64,000 nt of DNA from Octopus vulgaris. Lineage: Eukaryota. Where the stretch lies: NCBI GenBank assembly GCA_951406725.2, contig OX597819.1, positions 60,202,001-60,266,000 of the forward strand, read 5' to 3'. Shown piece by piece: positions 39,488 through 53,698 of this stretch (positions within the stretch are counted from its first letter, which is position 1; the number at the start of each line of letters is the position of its first letter). The notes beneath the pieces are model-generated. The model was not told the origin of the DNA, made no database searches, and saw nothing but the letters and a program-made list of their open reading frames with translations. The position numbers were made by a program, and so were the translations under genes.

Positions 39488-41321
39488 ATAGATCTAAGTA
39501 TTGCAGTTGTTTTGTTTGGCCAAAAACCCTTCAAGACAGTACACCCCAGCTTACAATGTTTTACAAGTAAAAGTAGGGAAACCAATGGATCTCATTTTTA
39601 CTATTTCATCATAACTGCTAAAAACTCATGTGTCCGACAGTACATAACAAATAAATAATAACTGGGTGTATTCACTGAAGTGATGAAAGGTAGTTAATAA
39701 CTTATTGTTGACTTGATTTAATTGCTTTGTAAATAAATGACAACTATGACCAATTGAACAAAAATGCAAAAGTTTGTTTTGTGACTAACAGTCTGTTTAC
39801 ACTAAATTTTTCTTGTCTGGTATACTGGCAACTCAGTTATTTCTCTTAGCTCGTTTTCATCTAAATTATGCAAATTATCTGTGCTTTGAATGCATTGTAT
39901 TATTTTCTATATAAGTCTAAATCCCTCTGCTATTGGAGATAAGATTGGACAATTGTCAAGCTGATGATGGCTATTGGACCAGAAGCACACATCCTCAACT
40001 GTCCTTCTTTCTCCAGACAACCTGCTTATCCTTTTCCTTAATGGCATGTCATTTTTGAAGAAATACTGAGTCTTGAGATTATCTTGCCTTCTCAAAAGGA
40101 ACTGGGTTTAATTGCCATTTTGTAATTATGATACATCCACTAGTCTGTGAATAAATGTGTGAGAGGAAGAAGGTAAAGTGTACAAGGTCTGCATGGAAGA
40201 AGCTCATTAGTATATGTGTGAAAACTAGTCATGGTAAAATGCCGTCTTGAGCTACCAAGACAAACTACTTGTTTTTGTCATTGATTGCCAATATAAATCT
40301 GGTTCAAAGCTAAATCAGGTCAATGTACGAGTAGTTGGAGGTGAATTACTTTTAGTTAGGTACACCTCTCTTTCACCAAATTTCATTAGTTTCTGACAGG
40401 TTTAAATATATGAATTTCAAGTGTGAAATAAAAGAACAAAGGAAATGAAGATGAAGCGATTCAAGTTTCAGTCCTTGGTCATGAATCTGTTATATAGCTC
40501 CTACAAATATATTTGATAGGACATAAGGGATTCACCAATTTGGATTTCATGCCCATTTCTTCCAGTTTTGTAATTATATGTAAAAAAAATTTAAGTTAAT
40601 TTGCTCTAAGGAAGGTTTTGCTTTCAACTTCATAATGCACTTTAATGTACAATTTTGGATGGAACAACAAACTGAAATAATGCGTAGGCAATATGAATTA
40701 ACTATGATAATTACTAAATAAATTGATTATCCTGTGTATGTATTCTCCATTTTTCTCCATATTGTTAAGATTTTTTCTCCTATATCGAAAATATTGGAAA
40801 CTTCTATAGAGACAACTGGAATTTCAGAAGTATAAAGTACTAATATCGAAGAAGAACCAATGATGAACACTAGTACATATACATATATTGAACTTCTATT
40901 GCTAATCGATATAGAGCTAAACTGGTGTACTCTAGGATGAAATTTATCCCTAGGAAAGAAGAACCTTTTTCCATACAAACTTATATACTTGGCCTAGCGG
41001 TTAGGGTGTTGCACTCACAATCATGGTTTCAGTTCTTAGATCGGGTGGTGCATTGTGATCTTGAGCAAAACACTTCATCTCATGTTGCTCTGCAGTCACT
41101 TCAACATCTGATGCATGGTACGCTGAGCATCTGTTCAGTCAACATCGATTTGATGGAAGGAATGAGCTAATGTACTGCACATAAATTTGATCACTATAAA
41201 CAAAGCATTTGTACAGGCTGTTGGCAAAAAAGCTGAACACTCACACGTTGTCTTCAACAGGTGAGTTCAGAATATATATATACATATATATTCACTTACA
41301 CATTCATAAGTATATATTTTG

Positions 41322-41703
41322 CGGCTGTGTGGTATGTAGCTTGCTTACCAACCACATGGTTCCAGGTTCAGTCCCACTGCATGGCACCTTGGGCAAAAGT
41401 GTCTTCTGCTATAGCCTTGGGCCGACCAAAGTCTTGTGAGTGGATTTGGTAGGTGGAAACTGAAAGAAGCTCGTTGTATGTGTGTATATGTTTGTGTGTC
41501 TGTGTTTGTCCCTCCCTCCCAACATTGCTTCACAACCGATGCTAGTGTGTTTACATCCCCGTATCATAGCGTTTCAGCAAAAGAGACCAATTGAATAAGT
41601 ACTAGGCCTACAAAGAATAAGTCCTGGGGGCGATTTGCTCAACTAAAAGTGATGCTCCAGCAGGGTCGCAGTAAAATGACTGAAACAAGTATAAGAATAA
41701 AAG
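41322..41703 (+). mobile_element. SINE family A
   Basis: matches 4151-4553. Confidence 0.88.
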
Positions 41704-41914
41704 CATTATAATCTGTGCACACATTTTCTCTCTCACACACACATGTACACACAGTTACATTTATAAATATAACCTACATGTACTCATTCTTTTATATATA
41801 CACATGCATGTATATCTATAATAAGGTAAATTTTAATACATACATCTCTGTATATTTGGAAAGCATAAATACTTAATGCATATAAACAATATATACATAC
41901 ACTCAACCTCGGTG

Positions 41915-42312
41915 GAGGTGCAATGGCCTAGTGGTTAGGGCAGCGAACTTGCAGTCGTAGGATTGCGGTTTTGATTCCTAGACTGGGCACTTAGAGTGTC
42001 TATTGAGTAAAAATACCCAAAGCTCTACAAAGCCCTGGTAGGGGGTAGTTTTGAACTCTTTCACCAGCAGGGTGTGGTGCCGTACTCTTTCATCACAGCT
42101 TTCTCTCACTCTTTCTTCCTGTTTCTGTTGTACCTGTGTTTCAAAGGGCCAGCTTTGTCACACTCTGTGTCATGCTGAATTGCCCCGAGAACTATGTTTA
42201 GGGTACACGTGTCTGTGGAGTACTCAGTCACTTGCACGTTAATTTCACGAGCAGGCTGTTCCATTGATCGGATCAACTGGAACCTTCGTTGTTGTAACCA
42301 ATGGAGTGCCAT
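41915..42312 (+). mobile_element. SINE family C, long variant
   Basis: GGAGGTGCAATGGCCTAGTGGTTAGGGC head; 3' part shared with 55205-55450. Confidence 0.75.
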
Positions 42313-42804
42313 GATACTCAACCTCTAAAATTCCTGGTTTTGTGCCTATGTAAGCGACTAGTAGCTTTATCTTTGATCTTTTACTCATTTTAGTCATTAG
42401 ACTGCGGTCATGCTGGGACACGACCATGACTTTTTAGTTGAATGAATCGATCCCAGTACTCATTTTGCCGAACTGCTAAGTTATGGGGATGCAAACACAC
42501 CAACACTAGTTGTCAAGCAGTGGTGGTGGGGGGGACAAACAGACATAAAGACTCACACCCACATGTTGGGATTCTTTGAGTTTCCATCTACCAGATCAAC
42601 TCACAAAGCTTTGGTCAGCCCCAGTCTATAGGACAAGACACTTGCTCATGTGGCAAATAGTGGGACTGGACCCAGAGCCATGTGTCTGGGAAACAAACTT
42701 CTTACCACACAGCCACCTATGTGTATGTCTGTATATAATATAATATTCTTGAAATTTATTTAAGATAAAATTACTTCTATATATAAAATAAGATTGCCAG
42801 TAAA

Positions 42805-43270
42805 TCAATATCTATAAAGCTGAAATGCGAAAAAGTTGTTTGATTTCTTGGTTGTTTGTCTCATTTTGGGATGGGAACAGTTTAAGGGGTGGTAGATGGG
42901 GTCGGATTGGTGCCAAAATTTACAGGGACATGTAAAAAGAGGCGAGGAAGCAACTGGACTAGGTTAGAAACCCCTATCTCAAAAGCTGTGGTTACTAGGG
43001 CAACAAAACCCAGACTTTGACAAGTGTTTGTTGTTTCTCTCTTTCCGATATCGCCCTGTCTTCCTCGATCTCTCTCTTTCCTTCCTTCCCTTCACTTTCT
43101 CTCTATAACGACGTTTGACACCTTCCATTCTCATTCCCTCTCCGCCTTCGCTGTCTCTCTGTCACTCTTTCTCCTACCACCTTTCTCACTACGTCTGTCT
43201 GTATCTATAGAGAGAAAGTATTGACAGCCACAAAAGTTTAAATATTCCTGCCACAGGTCTTTTAGAATGG
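42805..43270 (+). mobile_element. Non-autonomous Helitron 5' portion
   Basis: A|TCAATATCTATAAAGCTGAAATG; first ~130 bp nearly identical to 43451 onward. Confidence 0.7.
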
Positions 43271-43378
43271 TGAATTATTATCGCCCACCGCCACCGCACA
43301 ATCATAACAGATATTATTAATCAGATATACTGTGTTAATTTATATATATATATATGTGTGTATATAAGTATATATATA

Positions 43379-43450
<72 letters not shown>

Positions 43451-43451
<1 letters not shown>

Positions 43452-44190
43452 CAATATCTATAAAGCTGAAATGCAAAAAAGTTGTTTGATTTCTTGGTTA
43501 TTTGTCTCATTTTGGGATGGGAACGGTTTAAAGGGTGTTAGATGGGGTCAGATTGGCACTAAAATTTACACTGGGGGTGTAAAATAGGGTGGGTAATGGT
43601 GTGAGGAGGGTTGCAAGTCGCTCGGGGCTACCGTTTGGTTGCCATGGTGAGGAATATGGGAAAAATTGAGTTTTATGGGATAGACAGGTTGCGTTGTTTG
43701 AATAATGGTGGCTTGTCGTGTTGCTGCAGGGTCTAGAGGCAGTTATCTTTAATTGTGGGTGTAAAAATTTGGGGGATTTTGGAAAGGGGGGTAAAATTTT
43801 TCAACTCTTAAAAAGAGTACATTTTTGTCCTATTTTTGATTTAATTTTTTTCTGCTTGCATTATTTGGTTGACATGGGTAAAAATGGCATTGTGTTAAAG
43901 GCCAAAATTTTAGCTTTCATTTGCATCATGAACAGTCAAAATATACCAGAAAAAAGTATCAAATTTCACAAAATTTTAAGTAATTTTGAATTATTTTTGT
44001 GATTTTATGTGCACACATAAGAGAAAGCGAGGGAGAGTCCGAGAGAAAGGAAGAGTAAGAGAGTGGGAAAGTGAGAGAGAAAGGAGAGAGAAACAAAGAG
44101 GGAGAATGTGTTGATAAGAAACAGAAAGGAAGCAACAGAAAGTAACAACCACACCCTCACCCGCGCATAGAGCGGGTCACCTTAAGCTAG
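43451..44190 (+). mobile_element. Non-autonomous Helitron, both ends present
   Basis: 5' A|TC; 3' hairpin ACCCGCGCATAGAGCGGGT followed ~10 nt later by CTAG|T. Confidence 0.88.
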
Positions 44191-44707
44191 TTCTCTATAT
44201 TTTCTTATGAAAATATTTGCTTTGTTAATGTTATTCATACTGTTGAAGATGATATGGCCAGTGTAAACTTTATAGATAAAGCATGGCATGTCCAAAGAGT
44301 ATGAGAAACAACATACAGATAAACAGGTTCTTTATTAACTAGTTCTTGACATCACATTATCCTCTACTTTTACTGTCTTGTTTTTATTTTCTTCTTGAAC
44401 CATAGGACTCATAGGGCTGGTTTTCTGGTTTCCATGGTTTATAAGTGACCAAGATCACAACATTCCCCCTGAACAGGACACCAGGCTGTTGCAGAGTACA
44501 AGGCCAGTGATTTTCAAAGGGAAACAGGGCGAGTCAATTACATCAATTTCAATGTTTGACGAGTACTTTATTTTATCAACCCCCGAAGGGATGAAAGGCA
44601 AATTTTCTTGGCAGAATTTGAACTCAAAAGGCAAAAGGCTACAAGGCATGCCACTTACCATTTTGTCTGACAAGCTAATAATTCTGCCACATCACCACCT
44701 CTTGCTG

Positions 44708-45126
44708 TTTATTCTTTTACTTGTTTCAGTCATTTGACTGCGGCCATGCTGGAGCACCGCCTTTAGTCGAGCAAATCGACCCCAGGACTTATTATTTGTA
44801 AGCCTAGTACTTATTCTATTGGTCTCTTTTGCCGAACTGCTAATTTATGGGGATGTAAACACACCAACATCAGTTGTCAAGCAATGCTGGGGGAACAAAC
44901 ACAGATACACAAATATATACACACACAAACATACACACACATACATATATATATACATATATACGACAGGCTTCTTTCAGTTTCCGTCTACCAAATCCAC
45001 TCACAAGGCTCTGGTTGGCCCGAGGCTATAGTAGAAGACACTTGCCCAAGGTGCTATACAGTGGGACTGAACCCAGAACCATGTGGTTGGTAAGCAAGCT
45101 ACTTACACACAGCCACTCCTACGCCT
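44708..45126 (-). mobile_element. SINE family A, full length
   Basis: reverse complement of family A. Confidence 0.92.
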
Positions 45127-45667
45127 ATATATTATATTTATTTGTTTTTCTTTTATCTAGTCAGTATTTTTCTGTTTTTCCTGTCTATTGCTATTATAAA
45201 GATAATATAATTCATGTAAGTGCATAATGCTGGAACAATTATTTTTGCAATCAGATACACTTCAAATCCTATCACTCTACAGTAAATCACTGTGATAAAC
45301 CTATCTTATCTAAAAATAGAGGTGTCAGTTCCCAGAAAAAGTTGGAAATACTCTCAAGACATTCTACACAGCTAATTAATGCTCTTCAAAATAGCATGAA
45401 TAGCTACCCGTCTCCTTAAAACCAAATCTCAGTGCCCAGTCATTACAAACTGCAAGAGTTCAGTTATTGTTGTTTAAATTATTGTTGTTGTTTAGCCCCA
45501 GGTCTGTCCCAGTTAAGTAACCTTATGATCAAAGGCATTTCAGCCAAAGTGATCTCTTGCTTTTTTTGCTTTTTTTTCCTTAGCATAGTGTACACTGGGC
45601 CACATAATTTAATGTGATATTCACAGGCTGTATAGTTAAGAAGTTCATATGCAGTTAAGAAGTTATA

Positions 45668-46034
45668 GGCGCAGGAGTGGCTGTGTGGTAAGTAGCTTGC
45701 TTACCAACCACATGGTTTCGGATTCAGTCTTACTGTGTGGCACCTTGGGCAAGTGTCTTCTACTATAGCCTTGGGGTGACCAAAGCCTTGTGAGTGGATT
45801 TGGTAGACGGAAACTGAAAAAAGCCCGTCGTATATATATATATATGTTTGTCCCCCAATATCACTTGACAACCAATGGTGGTGTGTTTACGTCCCTGTAA
45901 CTTATCGGTTCGGCAAAAGAGACCGATACAATAAGTACTAGGCTTCTAAAGAATAAGTCCTGGGGGTCAATTTGCTCAACTAAAGGCAGTGCTCCAGCAT
46001 GGCCGCAGTCAAATGACTGAAACAAATAAAAGAG
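45668..46034 (+). mobile_element. SINE family A, full length
   Basis: matches 4151-4553. Confidence 0.92.
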
Positions 46035-47277
46035 TATGAAACATTACATGGTTTCAATTGCAATCCTACTGCAAAGTATCTTGGACAAGTGTCTTCGGCT
46101 TCAACCCCTAGCCAACTAATGCATTGTGAGGGAATTTGGTTGACAGAAACTTGTGTGGAAACCTGTCATCATCTTCATCATCATTTAAAGTCTGTTTTTC
46201 CATGCTGGCATGGGTCAGATGGTTCGACAGGAACTGGAAAGTCAGAAAACTGTGCCAAGCTCTGCTGTCAGCTTTGGCATGGTTTCCACGGTTGGATGCC
46301 CTTCCTAGTGCCAACCACTTTACAGAGTGTAATGAGTGCTTCTTATGTGGCACCAGCAGCAGTGAGGTCATCAAATGATTTACAAGACACCTCAACTGAG
46401 TGGGGAAGTAGTAATGAGGAAGGTGGCTTTATGACAGGTTAGAGGTTAGGACAGAAACAAATGTCTTGCAGTAAAGAAGATACATAGCTACCTCAGTAGA
46501 AGGGTGAAGATGACAGTAGGGTACATTCAAGTTACAGAGAGGTGTATGTGAGTGAAGTGGGACCAAGGATTGGATAGGGTGAGTGGGTGGATATGTTCGT
46601 AAGATTGCGAAAGGAGAATGAGAGGTAGAAGGGAGGGGTTGTATGGAGGATATATTGTGGGAAGAGATTCAACAGGGGAGATTGAGAGATGGAGAAGGGG
46701 GTGGGGAATGCAGCAGGTGGTGAGCACATTTGGAGGAAGGAGGTTTTGGGAAGATGATGTGGTGGAGAGGTCTGTTAGGGATGGATTGTGTGTGGGCTGG
46801 TCAGGTAAAAAATATAAAGTACATGCCTTTATGGCCTCAATTTTACTTAACTGGACAGGTCAATACATGTGCATATATGCATTTACATATGTGTGTGTGT
46901 GTGTAACATTTAAAATGAAACTAGCATGATTTGTTGGAAGTGCTATGTCAAAGTGCAAGTACAACAGAGTATTAGTGTCTTCAGAGAAAAAAAACAAGTA
47001 TAAGAAGCATAAGATGTAGTGTGCAAGAGAGAAGACTGTACTGTTTTCCATATTGGCATTGGTTCAACAGTTTGACCATAGTTAGCAAGTTGAAGAGCTG
47101 TACCAGGTTCCAGCCTGATTAGGTTTGTTTTTGGCTGAAATGCCCTTCCTAATGCCAACCACTTTTTACATGGCACTGAGGTGAAAGCATATATGGTTTG
47201 TAAATTCAGCTAAATTCAGGCATAAAACACATATATATATACAAGCATATGCCATTAAAAAAAAAAATTTAATAAGT

Positions 47278-47687
47278 TTTATTCTTTTACTCTTTTACTT
47301 GTTTCAGTCATTTGACTATGGCCATGCTGGAGCACCACCTTTAGTCAAGCAAATCAACCCCAGGACTTATTCTTTGTAAGCCTAGTACTTATTCTATCAG
47401 TGTCTTTTGTCAAACCGCTAAGTTACGGGGATGTAAACACAGCAGCATCAGTTGTCAAGCGATGTTGGGGAGACAAACACAGACACACAAACATATACAC
47501 ACACGTACATATATATAATATACATGCATATACATGATGGGCTTCTTTCAGTTTCCCTTTACCAAATTCACTCACAAGGCTTTGGTTGGCCCAAGGCTAT
47601 AGTAGAAGACACTTGTCCAAGGTGCCACACAGTGGGTCTGAACCTGGAACCATGTGATTGGTAAGCTACTTACCACACAGCCACTCC
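47278..47687 (-). mobile_element. SINE family A
   Basis: reverse complement of family A. Confidence 0.9.
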
Positions 47688-48374
47688 AAAAAATGTTATG
47701 AAGCAATGTCGTCATTTTGTGTCAAATCTAGGTGTTTTAACAATACATACAACAAACAGTAGTGCTGCACCAACTTATACATAAGAAATGTAAAATAAGA
47801 AGAAAATAAACACAAGAAAAATTTCACCTGTTCTACTTCGTGCTTAAACTTGTGACCCTGGTCATATGCTGTGAAGTGTCTAGATAACAAACATTTCAAA
47901 ACATTTCAAGCAAAGTCTTCATCAGTGAGGAAATATTTAAAATTTAACCCTGGCTTTTATTTCTGTTGGATCAAAGGTCTTTCCTTGAAACATCAGTTAT
48001 CTTACTTCAACAACATATAAATTTACCCAAATTTACAAACGTTACCAGATCATCAACAATTTCTACTAATTTCTTCTGATTCTAGGTTTAATTTGCTTTC
48101 TTAAAATATGCTTTATCTGTTATATAATATCACTTTAATTTGGCTATAGTCACAAGTTTAGGTGCAAAGTTGGGCAAGTGATAAATATATCTTTTAAATG
48201 TACTTGTCTGGCAAGCAATTTGATTTGAGACTTGAAACTAAGCCAGTTACTCATAAAACACACATAAACTTGACTTCATTGATAGATTATTTGGTGTCAA
48301 AATTTTCATCATACCAATGTTACCAAATGGCCAATATGTGTCTTCCAAGCTGTAATTGTGTTATCGTTTTACAT

Positions 48375-48622
48375 TTTTACTTGTTTTACTCATTGAACTA
48401 CAGCCATACTGGTGCATCACGTGGAAAAGTTTTAGTTGAACTGTCTACCCCCAGAACCTTTTGTTAAAACTCTGGTACTTATTCTATCAGTGTCTTTTGC
48501 TGAACTGCTAAGTTATGAGGATGTAAACAAACCAACACCAGTATTCAAGAGGTGGTGGGTGACAAGCACAAGAGCACATGCAGAAGCACTGTGTATGCAT
48601 AAATATATATAAAATATGATGA

Positions 48623-48669
<47 letters not shown>

Positions 48670-49024
48670 TACACACATAAATACATAGGTGCAGGCATGC
48701 TTGTGTTGTAAGAGACTTTCTTTCCAGCCATATGATTTGGAGTTCAGTCCCACTGTGTGGCACCTTGGGTTAGTATCTTCTGTCTTCTACTATAGCCCCA
48801 GGCTGATTAAAGCCTTATGAGTAGATTTGGTAGATGGAAACTAAAAGAAGCCAACTGCTTGTGTATACATGGCTGTGTGGTCAGTAGCTTGCTTACTAAC
48901 CACATTGTTCTGGGTTCAGTCCCACTGCATGGCACCTTGGGTAAGTGTCTTCTACTATAGTATAGCCTCAGGCTGACCAAAGCCTTGTGAGTGGATTTCG
49001 TAGATGGAAACTGAAAGAAGCCTG

Positions 49025-49068
<44 letters not shown>

Positions 49069-49693
49069 GTATATGTTTGTGTGTCTGTGTTTGTCCCCCT
49101 CCCAACATCACTTGACAACTGATGCTGGTGTGTTTATATCCCCATAACTTAGTGGTTCGGCAAAAGAGACTAATAGAATAAGTACTAAGCTTATAAGGAA
49201 TAAGTCCTGGGGTCGGTTTTCTCAACTAAAGGCAGTGCTCCAGCATGGCTGCAGTCAAATGACTGAAACAAATAAAAGAATATGTGTGTGAGTGTGTACA
49301 TATAGTGTGTGTGTGTGTGTGCATGCATCTTTGTGTTTGTCCCCCACCACTGCTTGATAACTGTTTTTGGTTTGTTTATGTCTCTATAACTTAGCTGTTC
49401 AGCAAAAGAGACCAATAGAATAAGTACCAGGCTTAAAAAACATACACTGCAGTTGATTTGTTTGACTAAAAGCCCTTCTAGGTATTGCCCCAGTGTGGGC
49501 ATATTCCAATAACTGAAACGAGGAACAAAAAGCTAAAAGACATATAATGGGCTCCCACAGAGTTTCCATTTTCTAAATTCAAGGCATTGGTCGGCTCTGG
49601 GCTATAGTAGACATTTGCCCAAAGTGCTGTGCAGTGGGATTGAACCTGAAACCATGTGGTTGCATGCAAACTTCTTAACCACACAGCCATTCT
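48375..49693. mobile_element. Cluster of nested and adjacent family A SINEs in both orientations; best-preserved copy 48870-49280 (+)
   Basis: older copy split into 48688-48855 and 49305-49535 around the younger copy; minus-strand pieces at 48375-48560 and 49550-49693. Confidence 0.78.
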
Positions 49694-51120
49694 CATACCT
49701 TTTATTTACTAATTTTTATTTTTCATGAATATGTTGATCCAGCATCCTCTTGTTTCTTTGTTAAAGTGATAACATAGCTTCATAAATTATGTTTTTTTGA
49801 AGTATGAAAGAATGTTATATAAGATTATGTCATATATTTGTATCGACGCTCATTATTTCATGAATCAGATGACATAGCAACACATTGTGTTGTTGTGGAA
49901 AAAACTTATATAGTTAAAAGTTTATCAACCATGACTATCTCATTCCATCTTTGTGTCTATCAGGATCTACATTATCTAATTTGTTAAGTCTTAGGTCTGT
50001 CAAGCTCTGGGACCTATAAGACCAGACCTTAGCCAAGTTTCAGATGGTCCAATACATATAAATGAGATGACCTCCCACCACACACACACTGACCAACTGG
50101 TCTGTATGAGGATTGACTTCCCAGCGATTGGTGGAATTCATTTACAATGGAGTGGAATGGAGCAATGTGAAATGAAGTATTTTGCTCAGGAATACAACAC
50201 ATTACCTGATCTGGGAATTGAAATCTTGATCTTACCATTGCCCCTAGGTTATGCACCTTTTCAATTTGTTACAGCAGTAACATATTAAAGAACCCATACC
50301 AACATACCTACATGCTTACAAGCATATATATATATATATATATACCCCTCTACTTCACTAAGCTAACCACCAGAACAACCACCTCTCTAGACATTACTCT
50401 CCTTTCACTTCATGTCCATGTCATACCTAGCTAACACATTCACATGGTAAATACTCCTCTTATTCTCTGCTGACTCATATGTCAACATACAAAATAAACA
50501 TGCTTAAACAAACTTCAATAAAGCTCAGTAGAACCAGTTTTTTATTGGGAAACAATCTCATAGTATCACAATCTTCACCACAGGATGCTGCAAGCACATA
50601 CATTCAACAAAACAATATAGACATATTAAACAAAACAAAAAGAAAAGAAAAACATGCCCCCTGCCTCTATTTAATATAAGTATAAAAAAGATAGGATTGA
50701 AATTGTTTTCTTCAACACCACCACCACCATTTCAAGTACCCTTGAATGCTTAATAGTTCAAAACAAAAAGAAACACTGTTATTACAATATAGAAACCAAT
50801 CGCTTAACAAGTGACTGTTTATCAGTCAGACTTATATACACAAGTAGGTCGAACTATCTGTAGTCTATAAAACATTGATACTTAGATGTGTTGAATGCCT
50901 ACCAAGTAAACTTGTCATAGATTCTCAATTACACACTAATATTCTCAATTAAATACTACTGTAGACGCAAGCATGGCTAGATGGTTAGAAGGTTACTTCT
51001 CAATCCCATGGTTTTAGGTCCAGTCCCAGCGTGTGGTTCGTTTGGCAAGTGTCTTCTACTATAGTCCCAAGTCGACCAAAGCCTTATGTGTGGATTTGGT
51101 CAAAAGAAATGAACAGAAGC

Positions 51121-51161
<41 letters not shown>

Positions 51162-51546
51162 CCGTTTGGAAATTGGTGTTGATTCAAAGTCAGTGATCAG
51201 CTCTGACGAAGCTGGTATGACTTTAACTTTCTATAATAACTCATAATAATAATTTTTATACTTCTTAATTCCATCTCAAATAATTTATATGTATATATCT
51301 TTGTTTTATAAAAAAAAAGTCATTACTTTTATTCCTAATGTGCATTTTCTTTGTTTCTATATACTTTCCCCCTAAAATGTCCAATTTTCTTATGTGCCAA
51401 GTTTGACAGTCATTAGCTCTAATGTTTTATCCTGACAATTCTTTGTTCTGCAACACTGAAGAGTTATGTCATCACTTTTTGAAATGCAATTCATGGAGTC
51501 TGATTATATTGTGAGTTTTCTCTTGTAAATCAATTTTAGTGAACCC

Positions 51547-52262
51547 ATGGATAAATCAAAAATTTGTGTTGTTTATGAATATGAGTTCTGTTGTGGAACC
51601 AATGCATCGCATGTAGCTCAAGACATCAATAAGGTGTTTGGTGAAGATGTGGCAAATGTGCGCACTGTACATCGATGTTTTGAGAAGTTCTGGTCTGGTG
51701 ACTTTGCTCTTGAAAATCAACCCCATAGTAGACCTGAGACCAAGGTGGATAATGGTGAGCTGGAAACTGTAGTGGAAGTGAATACATCTCAAACTGCGTG
51801 AGTTAGCAGCAAGGTTTGATGTTTCGATTCCAACTGTATTGGACCATCTGAAATAAATTGGCAAAGTAAAGAAGCTGGACAAGTGGATACCACACGAACT
51901 GAATGAGCATGAAATGACTTGTCGTTTTGAAACTTGCTGTTCTTTGCTGTCATGACATAAAGCGAACCATTTTTGCGTCGTATTGTTACATGTGATGAAA
52001 AATGGATTCTTTTCAACAATAGCAAGTGTTCTGCATGGTGGCTGGATAGAGACGAACACAATCCAAAAACAAATATTCACCAAAAAAAGTTAATGTTGTC
52101 AGTTTGGTGGTCCAGCACTGGTGTCATCTATTACAGTTTCATGAGACTTGGTAAGTCAATTACAGCAGATGTATACATCAACAAATTGGATGAAATGATG
52201 AGTGGACTTACAATTAAACAACTGAAATTGGTCAATAGGGACAGGTCAATTCTCTTGCCAGA
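51547..52262 (+). pseudogene. Mariner transposase pseudogene (Hsmar1-like), truncated at the second catalytic Asp
   Basis: N-terminal HTH, KWIPHEL (WVPHEL motif), RRIVTCDEKWI, KLMLSVWW, ILLPD; in-frame stops and a frameshift. Confidence 0.93.
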
Positions 52263-52668
52263 CATATAACTTGCCATTATAACTGTAATGTATTTTCCTG
52301 AAAGTTTCTAGAGAAATGTTTTTTACATTTCCCATCAACCATATATGTTGCATTAGGTTTATCTCTTCCCCATAGATCATGTAGCATGCTTTTGGTGACA
52401 TGTTGAAACGTAATCGGTTGTGTTTGTGGATTTGGAAGTTCTGCTTAAACAAATTTATCGTAATGTGCTGGATCTTTTTTTGATATGAACAACATGTGAC
52501 AATGGGTTAGTCCATGCTTTTGAAACTCTATAGTCCACATGTACCCTGCAACCTCTCCCAAAACATTTTTCTCCAAAATATCATGCAAGAGATCCCTAAG
52601 TTTCATATTAAATACTCTGTCAGTTAAATCTGTCCTGGATAAATTTTGTCTGTGACGCTGGTTGAACA
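52263..52668 (-). mobile_element. Helitron Rep (HUH endonuclease) coding fragment
   Basis: RTDLTDRVFNMKL...VLGEVAGYMWTIEFQKHGLTHCHML matches Rep motif EFQKRGLPHxH; downstream MVDGKCKKHF. Confidence 0.9.
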
Positions 52669-52903
52669 ATGAAAATTAAATTACAGAGATGTACTTGCAT
52701 AGCAAGTGACTTGATCTGAGATCTTGTGCTGAAGCAAAAATAATTGCAGTGTGGAATGCAGCATAAAGTTTTGTCAATGAACAGGTCGCAGTTTCAGAGC
52801 AACAAAAATATTTTGACACTAATTAAATTTAAATGTTGAAGTGAATCTAATGGCTCTTTTGTTTTCCTTGAATGGCTAATAAATATCTTCGAAGCTGCAA
52901 TTG

Positions 52904-52960
<57 letters not shown>

Positions 52961-53698
52961 AATGTAAAGAAACCGCAAAATCCCTTGTGAAAAATAGCAG
53001 CTCAGGATTTCGTTGATGGAATACATAAATAGAATCTAGTTTTTTTCATTGACAAAATATGCATTTTTTAAAAGACAGTAAAAAATCTGAAAATTGGCTA
53101 TAATAATGTAGCCTTCCAGTCTCATTGCTTTGAAGGTATGATGTGGAGAAAAAAATTGGAGAAAAAGTTACAGAGGTTTAAAAATTAAAAAAATAAATGT
53201 ATTTTTAGCCAATAGCAAGACAGAAATTTTCTGCGTTTAACAGAGCGGTGTCCAGGACTATATATATATATTTCCCCAAGACACCTGATGAAGGCTGGAG
53301 GGTATATCAGCTGAAACATGTGAACAACAGACAAGATGAGGACAAATATCTGTCAAATGTAAATAATGTACATAATTCCTCATCTCTTAAATATAGAATT
53401 GTTTATCTTTTCCTACATGCAAACATTTATCCAGTGTGCCATACATTCCATATCTGTTGTATTTCAACACTACACACTGGTTAATATCTGAATATTTCAT
53501 CCATATCAAGTGAAGCTATGGTCTTCATGTTACTTTAGTTCAGTGACACTTGCTGGTGTGTCTGAGTTTTTACGTTATCAGGCCTTGATTTGTTAAAAAA
53601 TTTTTTATTTTCATTGAACCAGATATGTTAATAAACTAACTTATTGTGATTTAGATTTATCTCATGGATAAACAGATATAAATGGTGATGCTATATAT

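Noticed and set aside
39900-40350. Complex sequence that looks coding
   Set aside because: Stops in the frames I examined and no recognisable motif
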